Part shown: positions 18,530 to 26,285 of the stretch, one piece after another
Numbering within the stretch: position 1 is the first letter of the stretch
Layout: each line of letters opens with the position of its first letter
DNA from: a virus
Taxonomy: Duplodnaviria > Caudoviricetes
Reading direction: 5' to 3' (one strand)
DNA: 62,139 nt
Virus record (IMG/VR): IMGVR_UViG_3300023179_000110
Span: 1 to 62,139 of that record
Made by a program: the position numbers and the translations under genes
The notes under the pieces: model-generated
Told to the model about the DNA's origin: nothing
What the model saw: only the letters and a program-made list of their open reading frames with translations
The model's database searches: none

Positions 18530-19721
18530 AATGACTCATGATGCCAGCCAAAGCAGACCTAGGTTGACTTACCCAAACATTTGCTTGAATTGTTCCACCA
18601 AGTAAAACATGTTCTTGTTCAACTTCTGCACCTAACCCAGTAGCGTAAGTAGAAAAAACATTTTCTACAGGAACTACAATTTTAGTAACAGCATTGCCAA
18701 AAGTTTTAGCCACACTTTCCTTACTTGTCCAGCAACTCAAAGGTTGCATGCGAATTGTTTGTTTTGATTCTGTTCCATACAAACTTTCATCAAGTAAATC
18801 AAAGCCACGCCATAACTCCACAGCCTTGATGCCTTCGTCAGCAAAAGTTTTTTGAGTTTCCTCATACATAGCCGTAGTAATAGACTGCAAAACATTATGA
18901 TTTTTAACTAAAATTTTTGCAACTTGAGATGCAATTTTTTCAGGATGCCCAGTAACAAAAGTATTTTTCAACCCAAAATCCTCACGGACGACATCATTTA
19001 ACGCATAATACAAAGGATTAGAGTTCTGCAACTTAGCCCATTGTTCCATGACTTCAACAACAGCAAATTGCTTAATCATTTTTTCTTTTTGAGCAACAGT
19101 TTGCGTTTTATTATTAGTTCCATTTAAAGAAGAATTAGTTCTATCAACCCAAAGAGTGTTGTAATAAGACCATTTAAAAACAGCGTTAGGGTCATTGATG
19201 GCTTCTATTATTTGTTGAGGAGTTGTAAAAGTTGCAGTTCCTCCTGTTTTTACCGATTCTTCAGATACATAATTGATGCCATTAGAAAAACCTTCTGGAA
19301 TAATCATTGGTGTATTTAAAAATTCTTCAATAGGAACATCTGTAAGATGTTTTACAACATTGTTGGATGCAATCCATACCGTTTTATCTTTAGATGAAAA
19401 ATTACTGGAATTGCCAACTTGTTCATAAAATTCTTTAGTTGATGGTCTGGGAGCAATACTGTAATAATCTGCTTCAACATCATGTTGTGCCCAGTTCCCG
19501 TGTGAACTCTGGTCGTGTTGTCCTGACATGTGCTTGGCAAAAGCATCAACTACTGTCCAATTACCAACTTTTTGCCATTTATCAAATAGCCCAACTGTGC
19601 TTGTTGTGCCATTTTTCTGGCGTAAATACCCGTATGGATAACCGTCAGCATCAACGAAATCAAAAATCAACTCGGCTCCGTCAGCCCTTACAGCGTAAAC
19701 ACTACCTTTGGTTAGTTCCAT
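18516..19721 (-). CDS. 60-aa N-domain + tag + R-S-E ADP-ribosyltransferase-like domain
   Basis: LWRGF...LSCWTS...A..FG...EQEHVLL (ExE). Confidence 0.82.
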   Translation of the reverse strand: MELTKGSVYAVRADGAELIFDFVDADGYPYGYLRQKNGTTSTVGLFDKWQKVGNWTVVDAFAKHMSGQHDQSSHGNWAQHDVEADYYSIAPRPSTKEFYEQVGNSSNFSSKDKTVWIASNNVVKHLTDVPIEEFLNTPMIIPEGFSNGINYVSEESVKTGGTATFTTPQQIIEAINDPNAVFKWSYYNTLWVDRTNSSLNGTNNKTQTVAQKEKMIKQFAVVEVMEQWAKLQNSNPLYYALNDVVREDFGLKNTFVTGHPEKIASQVAKILVKNHNVLQSITTAMYEETQKTFADEGIKAVELWRGFDLLDESLYGTESKQTIRMQPLSCWTSKESVAKTFGNAVTKIVVPVENVFSTYATGLGAEVEQEHVLLGGTIQANVWVSQPRSALAGIMSHFGGG

Positions 19722-19723
19722 AA

Positions 19724-22700
19724 TTAATACTCTACCACCCTAATTCCCTTGGGAACAAGAGGGCTGATGTCAGCAAAACTGTCGGAAGGAATGTAAACAG
19801 CCTCAACATCACTCAATTTTGCTCCATCGTGAATTTGGGCTTCAAAATAAGAACCTTCATTAAGAAATCCAATTTCATAAGATTCATTGTTCCAGCCTTC
19901 GTCTTTTGCTATGTTGTACAGAATTCTGTCTGAGGCTCGCCAAGCATCGTAAGGGGTAATTTCTTTTTGAGTCATAGAAACAGGAATGCAACCAGTTCCC
20001 AAAGAATCCCCAACTGTCACGGTTGACCGAGGTTTAACATTATCTTTAAAAACTATTCGGATGTCGCCATACTGCCACGGTCCATTAATTAAAACATTTT
20101 CATCTAAATCATCTTCCGAAACATAACCATAAAGAGGGCGTTTAGAAACAGGTTCGTTTATGGGAATACTTTGACAACGCAACTCACTAGCAAGACGGCT
20201 TGCTTTACTAAATAACCCATTGCTTTTTTGTGTTTCAAATTGTGTTTTAAATCTTTGGTCATCGCTTTGTAATAACTCAGTAAACGATTCTTCGTCAATA
20301 GCCATGCAAATTTTTCCATCTGTTTGCATGTTTTTTAAATCATCAGCAATAAAACTTTGATAAAGCAACTCAGAATTATCTAATTTGCGATAAGTGGCTA
20401 ATTTAACTACTTCGTCAGATAATCTACGAAGCATTGCTTCATACATAATGACTGCGGAATTGTCTTGAGTAATAACTAAAGCATTTCTTTCCCCCTTAAA
20501 TGTGTTATCGTCACCACCACCAGTTTTTAAAAAAACAGCATTTGGATAAACTTTTTTAACTTGTTCTTGCAATTCTTTGCAAATTTTAGAATTAGCGAAA
20601 TCATCTGTATGAAAAAATTGCACCAGTATGTCTTCAGATAAACTTCCAGCACTTAACTGATAAGAGTCTGTACTAATTTTGTCAGCCAAATCAATAGAAA
20701 ATTTCTTAACAGCATTTAAAAATGTTGTTGTGTCAGCAAAATCATGTACCGCACCGTGCGACCAATTGCCGTGAGTGGATTGGTCATGTTGTCCTAAATA
20801 ATGTTTTGACAATGAACTTGGATTAGTCAAAACAGAAGTAAACGCATCTACTCGGTCAAACGGAATTGGCAAATTTGTTTTTTCATAGCCATCAAAATCC
20901 AAACGCCAATTGTCAACGGGGTCATAACGAAAACGAACAATTCGATAATTGTCCCCATTGGTAGGAGCGTAAAATGCTCCCGTTGAACGATGACTGGCAA
21001 CTGTTCCTTCGTTATTATCCAAATTCATTCTGGCATCTGATTGAAAAAATCCTCGTTCTTTTGCTTGATTGAACTCGGCTTCCGATACGACACGGTACAA
21101 ATGTTTCAAAGGTTTTCGAGCAATAATTTTTCCGTAAATTGGAGAAGATACTCTTTCGGAATCTGGAACTTTAATCCATTCTTGCGGAGTTACTGCCATT
21201 ACTTCTAAAACTTCAGGAGCAGATTGACCATCCCGTGTAGAAGCCATACGCAATGCAGTTTGTCCTTCAATCAAGTTGCCTCTTGAATCGTATCTTTCAG
21301 GATGTGCATTACGAGGAGATTGTAAAGATTTAGATTCTTCCGTCAAAATAGCATTCCAAGCAGATTCATTATCGGGTGAATTTAATTGAATTTCTTTGCC
21401 ATCAGCCCAATTGCCGTGGGTAGATTGGTCGTGCTGACCAGCCAAATGTTTTTCAACTGAATTAGGATTTTTAACTACTAAAGCACCAGCATTTAAAACA
21501 ACCATTTCTCGGTCAGGCAAACTTGTATCGGCTGGGTCATAAAGCATTGGACTGTCATTAATTGCGTCATAGCCCATTGCCAAAGCCATAAGATTTCTAG
21601 TTGTTAATCTATCAGTAAAAAACCAACTTGTTGGAAAATCTGTTAAAGCCGTATGACGAAGTAAATTAATTTGAGATTCTAGCAATCCACTATTTGCCAA
21701 TACCAAATTTGCTTCAGAAGAAGGAATAGTTAAAATTTTTGCATTAGGTTTAAAAGCCATTTTAACTATTTGTTTTTCATCACTTTTGTAACCCCAAATT
21801 TCAGCCTCTTTTTTCGTATGAGCACCATAAAGACCAATTCCATTTCTACCCATAGAAATGTAAGGCAACTCCGAAGCCATAAATTGTTTGATTTTATCTT
21901 CAGCAGATAATCTAATGTTGTCTGAAGTTTCCAAATCAAAAGCAGAACCTTGCTGAAAAGTTCGCCAAAATTCCATACCCTGTGAAGTATCACCAAAAGT
22001 AGGTTTACCAGTTTTGCCTGTGGCTTTTAAAACATCTTGCAAAGTTTTACGCCAAACATCAAGGCTGTCGTATGGTTTATTCGCGTTAATTATTGACGCA
22101 AGTTGCTGAATGCTAATTTCATTTGACCCATCACCATCAGCCCAGTTACCGTGTGAACTCTGGTCATGTTTACCCTGAAGATGTTTAACCAAAAAAGACT
22201 TAACGGGAACTTTTACAATTACTGAAGATTTAGCAACATTATTTAATAACGCTTCAGTATCAATGTTTGAATACTGTTTAACCCAAGCAAGTTCTTGTTC
22301 ATACTCTGGAATTGGATTTCCGAAAAGTTCAAATTTTCCTCTTTCTCTAGCAAGTTTTATTTTTGTTGCTTTTTGTTCTCTTGTTGCTGGATGAGTACTT
22401 GGAAAATGAACAACAATTCCAGCCTTTGCACCTGCTTGAAGAATTTTTTCTTTATTTATTTTTGAAACTTGTCCGTTAATAATAATTTCTTGAACATCTT
22501 TAGGAGTTAAACCACCAAAAATTTGAAACTCTGGATAATCATCAGAGGTGGTGTAAATAATGTCATTTGGCAAACTTTCTTTGTCCCCTAAAATTTGTTC
22601 ATTAGTAATTTTACCTGTTGCTGAAACAGGAGTTTGCTGATAAAGCAAACTATCTGAATTAGTAAAAGTTGAGCGTTTTTTTACTTCATCTTTTAAAACA

Positions 22701-23113
22701 ACAAGCACCTCACCAAAATGTTCGGTAGCCCCCATCAAAAAAATACCGTTAGGTTCAATGGCAGAAGCAAAAATAGGCCGCATTGAAGCAGGAGCATCAA
22801 GAGGAATCCCCCAAGTTCTTAACTCTGATTGTTTTCTTCTATCAATCCCTAATGAACCTCTAGTTTCACCACTTTCGTGATAATTTTTGAACTTACCTTC
22901 ATTGAGAAAAGCCAAAACTGCTTCTTCTGGCATCTGAATACCCATAGTCGCGTCACGATGTTTTCTAAAATTTTCAAAATACCATTTATGAGATTGCCTA
23001 ATCATTGTTTTTAATTTTTGAGCATTACTATCAGCCCAGTTGCCGTGTGAACTTTGGTCATGTTGACCTGCAAGATGCTTGGATACGGGAACTACAACAT
23101 AAACAGATTTCAT
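19724..23113 (-). CDS. Tagged polyprotein with four cargo domains: DUF3626-like, PARP-like ART, ART-like, DUF3626-like
   Basis: Four tags; RPIF..FGEV..RSTFT.SDS..EFQIFGG; GIGLY..GYDAI..EMVVLN; LYRVVSEAEF; RPLYGY..YGDI..YFEAQIHDG. Confidence 0.85.
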   Translation of the reverse strand: MKSVYVVVPVSKHLAGQHDQSSHGNWADSNAQKLKTMIRQSHKWYFENFRKHRDATMGIQMPEEAVLAFLNEGKFKNYHESGETRGSLGIDRRKQSELRTWGIPLDAPASMRPIFASAIEPNGIFLMGATEHFGEVLVVLKDEVKKRSTFTNSDSLLYQQTPVSATGKITNEQILGDKESLPNDIIYTTSDDYPEFQIFGGLTPKDVQEIIINGQVSKINKEKILQAGAKAGIVVHFPSTHPATREQKATKIKLARERGKFELFGNPIPEYEQELAWVKQYSNIDTEALLNNVAKSSVIVKVPVKSFLVKHLQGKHDQSSHGNWADGDGSNEISIQQLASIINANKPYDSLDVWRKTLQDVLKATGKTGKPTFGDTSQGMEFWRTFQQGSAFDLETSDNIRLSAEDKIKQFMASELPYISMGRNGIGLYGAHTKKEAEIWGYKSDEKQIVKMAFKPNAKILTIPSSEANLVLANSGLLESQINLLRHTALTDFPTSWFFTDRLTTRNLMALAMGYDAINDSPMLYDPADTSLPDREMVVLNAGALVVKNPNSVEKHLAGQHDQSTHGNWADGKEIQLNSPDNESAWNAILTEESKSLQSPRNAHPERYDSRGNLIEGQTALRMASTRDGQSAPEVLEVMAVTPQEWIKVPDSERVSSPIYGKIIARKPLKHLYRVVSEAEFNQAKERGFFQSDARMNLDNNEGTVASHRSTGAFYAPTNGDNYRIVRFRYDPVDNWRLDFDGYEKTNLPIPFDRVDAFTSVLTNPSSLSKHYLGQHDQSTHGNWSHGAVHDFADTTTFLNAVKKFSIDLADKISTDSYQLSAGSLSEDILVQFFHTDDFANSKICKELQEQVKKVYPNAVFLKTGGGDDNTFKGERNALVITQDNSAVIMYEAMLRRLSDEVVKLATYRKLDNSELLYQSFIADDLKNMQTDGKICMAIDEESFTELLQSDDQRFKTQFETQKSNGLFSKASRLASELRCQSIPINEPVSKRPLYGYVSEDDLDENVLINGPWQYGDIRIVFKDNVKPRSTVTVGDSLGTGCIPVSMTQKEITPYDAWRASDRILYNIAKDEGWNNESYEIGFLNEGSYFEAQIHDGAKLSDVEAVYIPSDSFADISPLVPKGIRVVEY

Positions 23114-24117
23114 GCCTGTTCCCCCGAATACCTCATTTGCCCAGTCCTAATCCACTCAGCATCATTCAAACCACGGCTAGGAGGCACCAGAAACGCCGTA
23201 CAGCGACAATGAGGATGGGCAGGTGGCATAAGTAGTCCATTGTCAAAAGCACTGTCCCAACGCACCTGAACTCCATCTAACGGAGCACATTTATCACAAG
23301 GGGGGCCACCAGCATTATTTTTGTAAACCGTTTGCCACTGTTTCATGGAATCACCAGCAACCCAACCACCATCAACAGCCTGTTGCCAAGCCAACTGACG
23401 ACCCATGTTTTGAGCAATCTGAATCTCGGTACGAGCAATCATTGTGGCACGGGCACGAATCAATTTTTGGCGATACTTGTCGGTCAACAAATCTGTTTTT
23501 TCAAGTGCTTTTTCAGGCTTTAACCCTTGCTTTAACAAGTTTTTGTAGGTGCGGTCATAAAACTTGTCAACTGCCTGTGCCCAACGAGGATGCAAACCAA
23601 TAACTTGACGCAATTTCTTAGCCGTGTAGGGAACCGAAATCTCTTTGCTGAAAGAATCGCTAATAATCTGACGAATTGCCAAACGCATTGAATCGTTAAT
23701 CGCTGTCACTAAACGCCCAGCCTGACGCTCTGCATACAAATCCGCCACGGGGTTATGAATGTTAAAAGTGAACTCACCTTTAGGTTTACCCGTCAAAGTG
23801 TTAGCGTTACCCCAATCAGGTGTTGCCTCAATTAACGGTTTTATTTCCTGACCAGCCAAAACACCAGCATTATTGATAACTGCGGTAATCGAATCACGAA
23901 TAATTTGACCAATGGTGTCAACATTAATTGTCAATAATGCTTGCTCAAGCAAATCAGGTTGCAGATTGATAATCGCTGAAGCCAATGCGTCTGCATCTGC
24001 AATTCGCCCAGCACGATACAAAGCATTACGAATAATGTTGTACAACTGCTCTTCAGTTACATTAAAAACTGGAGGTACAGGTACCGAAGATTTGGCTTTC
24101 CTGACTAATGGCATCAA
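23110..24117 (-). CDS. MuF / SPP1 gp7-like head morphogenesis (minor capsid) protein
   Basis: RATMIARTE...KQW...CDKCAPLDG...PPAHPHCRC. Confidence 0.9.
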   Translation of the reverse strand: MMPLVRKAKSSVPVPPVFNVTEEQLYNIIRNALYRAGRIADADALASAIINLQPDLLEQALLTINVDTIGQIIRDSITAVINNAGVLAGQEIKPLIEATPDWGNANTLTGKPKGEFTFNIHNPVADLYAERQAGRLVTAINDSMRLAIRQIISDSFSKEISVPYTAKKLRQVIGLHPRWAQAVDKFYDRTYKNLLKQGLKPEKALEKTDLLTDKYRQKLIRARATMIARTEIQIAQNMGRQLAWQQAVDGGWVAGDSMKQWQTVYKNNAGGPPCDKCAPLDGVQVRWDSAFDNGLLMPPAHPHCRCTAFLVPPSRGLNDAEWIRTGQMRYSGEQA

Positions 24118-24122
24118 AACCC

Positions 24123-25574
24123 CTAGAAAGCATTATCGGATTGTCCAGCATCCTGTTTGCTAGGTGCAGGTTGTTTAGCATTTGGTTGCTGTGCAGGAGG
24201 TTGAACTGCTTGACCTTGCTGTGGTGGTTGACCTGTAGTTAATGGCATTCCCGTAGCAGGGTCAACGGCACCTGTGGTTTGAGCATTGTGTTCAGCAGGT
24301 GGAAGCGAGCCAAGTTCACGCAAATAATCTTCAAGATTCGGGTCAGAAACAATGATTCCTGCATTAGCCAACTTGGTGACATAATCTGCAACTTCGGTCA
24401 AATCAACATGAGCAATGTCACCATAGGTCAACTTAGGAAGGCGTGAAGTATCCATTCCGTTCAAACGCATTAAACGAGTAATGGCATGCTGATTGATAAC
24501 TTCGGCGATGGACTTGGCAATAGCGTCAACTGCCATTGACCACAAATCCATTTTTGCGGTGCCCAATGCAAAAGAACCAACATTTTCATGACCCAACAAA
24601 ATAAAGTCAGATAGCACCGACATCGCAATTCGCTGGTCGTAACGAGAAATAATTTTGTCCGTATCGAACTGACGGGAACCACCAGCCGACAAAAGGGTTA
24701 AATCAAATAGTTTTTTGCCTGATTCGTCATACTGTGCAGGAAAAACTACGCCTTCTTGTTCGTTTCGCTTTATGTTCTGAACAATTTCAACAATGCTATT
24801 TAAAACCGCTTTTTGTGCATCTGTAGCCGTAGATGAAAGAAACTCAGGTGGAACATAAGCGACAGGAAGACCAGCCAAATCACGCTCAATACCAATTGCT
24901 TCGATTTCTTCAACACGCTTTTTAAAGAAATACGGACGGTAAGCGTTCCTAAGCATGGAACGACCTTCAGGATTATTTTTTTGGTTTGTGGTACGGAAAA
25001 GTAATGCTTTTTCGATTGGGACATAATGGGTTCCACCGCCTGAAGGGTCATTTTGAATCATGCAGTTCACGCCACCATCGTCATCAAATTCCCAACGCAT
25101 TAAGGAATCTTGACTACGGATGGCAAATTTACGCCAACCAATTTTGCCGTCTGTGTATTGTGAACGCTTTGTGGGGTCATTTTCGTCAGGTCCAACTCGG
25201 CGTTTGTAAACAATTTCGTGGTATGACCAGCCGAAAGTAAGCATTGACAGGATGCTCGCTAAGGTTGCGTCCCATGAATCGGACATGTCAAAAAGACAAG
25301 ATTCAATAAAATCGGAAACTTCGACATCTTTTTCTTTTGGGTCACCTTCAGCATTTGGCTCAAGATACGGGTCAACTCGCCATTCAAGGCGAACAATTAC
25401 TTTTTCTATTGCGTAAAGGATTGAGCCAATTACGGGGTCGTTATCAGCCATTTCACGGTAAGCACGAATACCGTTCTTGTTGCGTAACGCTGTAAGGAAC
25501 TCTTCAAAAACTGTACCGCCAGCACGGTGAAGCCCTGTGGAGCCTAACTCAGAAAAATCTGGTTTTGGTGCCAT
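24123..25574 (-). CDS. Portal protein (DUF935 / Mu gp29-like)
   Basis: YREMADNDPVIG, NNPEGRSMLRNAY, EAIGIERDLAG, IISRYD, GSFAL. Confidence 0.92.
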   Translation of the reverse strand: MAPKPDFSELGSTGLHRAGGTVFEEFLTALRNKNGIRAYREMADNDPVIGSILYAIEKVIVRLEWRVDPYLEPNAEGDPKEKDVEVSDFIESCLFDMSDSWDATLASILSMLTFGWSYHEIVYKRRVGPDENDPTKRSQYTDGKIGWRKFAIRSQDSLMRWEFDDDGGVNCMIQNDPSGGGTHYVPIEKALLFRTTNQKNNPEGRSMLRNAYRPYFFKKRVEEIEAIGIERDLAGLPVAYVPPEFLSSTATDAQKAVLNSIVEIVQNIKRNEQEGVVFPAQYDESGKKLFDLTLLSAGGSRQFDTDKIISRYDQRIAMSVLSDFILLGHENVGSFALGTAKMDLWSMAVDAIAKSIAEVINQHAITRLMRLNGMDTSRLPKLTYGDIAHVDLTEVADYVTKLANAGIIVSDPNLEDYLRELGSLPPAEHNAQTTGAVDPATGMPLTTGQPPQQGQAVQPPAQQPNAKQPAPSKQDAGQSDNAF

Positions 25575-25646
25575 GTAAACATCCTTACCGTAAAATAAAC
25601 CTCATTGAATGATACATTGAAAAAAGCACTATCTTGAGGTGGCTCG

Positions 25647-26285
25647 CTATTTAATGTACAACCATGCTTCAAAATTCAATGATTTCCAAATCAACTCACC
25701 TTGCTTAAATCCAGCATCGTAAGCCATTTGTTGATTTTGCGATGAAGTGTTTAGTCGCATCAATTTACGCAAATCTGCGTCTTTGTCTAAAATTTCTGTC
25801 GCCTCAAAATAGGGTCGCTTATGCTGATGCAAGGTTGAAGTCAGGATGTCTTGTATTTTTCCCGATTCGGCATAAACTTTTTCAGCCCAAATAAATGCTC
25901 CATTTGGTAGCAGTCCTTGATAAATGCGGTCTAGTAATCCTTGTCGTTTGATGGAATCAATAAACTGCAAAGTAAAAATTGCCGTAATTAGTGAGCAGTT
26001 TTCGTAGCCCCAGTATTTTGTGGCATCGTAATGAAAATACTCAGCAGTTTTGTTTTCGTAATTTCTTGGCAAAATGTTATGCGAGGTGTCAATGCCTATT
26101 TTGACTCCATCATGAGAAATGGTTTCAATTAATTTGCCTGTACTGCAACCAATGTCAATAAAAGTGGTTTCAGGAACCAAGAAATAATCGCTTATTGTGA
26201 CAATCGTTTCAAATAATGTGTCATAGGCAGGTATTGAACTCGCTATGTGCTTGTCAAAATCCTTGACGGTATCAAAAGAAAACAT
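25647..26285 (-). CDS. CmoA-like carboxy-SAM synthase / SAM-dependent methyltransferase
   Basis: F.F....FD.HI..SIPAY, DIGCSTG, FTLQFI, IYQGL.PNGAFI.AEK, NFEAW, all CmoA-like. Confidence 0.8.
   Translation of the reverse strand: MFSFDTVKDFDKHIASSIPAYDTLFETIVTISDYFLVPETTFIDIGCSTGKLIETISHDGVKIGIDTSHNILPRNYENKTAEYFHYDATKYWGYENCSLITAIFTLQFIDSIKRQGLLDRIYQGLLPNGAFIWAEKVYAESGKIQDILTSTLHQHKRPYFEATEILDKDADLRKLMRLNTSSQNQQMAYDAGFKQGELIWKSLNFEAWLYIK

Larger units (their letters stand above)
8270..23086 (-). repeat. Dispersed ~55-bp coding repeat (17 copies) encoding phi-x-KH(L)xGQHDQS(S/T)HGNWA
   Basis: Copies near 8270, 8657, 10114, 10872, 12355, 13006, 13751, 14236, 14943, 16683, 17600, 18402, 19485, 20753, 21401, 22136, 23030. 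Confidence 0.97.

Noticed and set aside
8270-23086. Tag repeats as a CRISPR array
   Set aside because: Repeats are protein-coding, vary at synonymous sites, are spaced 0.4-1.8 kb apart, and there are no cas genes.
7267-23113. Tags as intein or self-splicing junctions
   Set aside because: No Cys/Ser-start or His-Asn-end Hint motifs around the domains.
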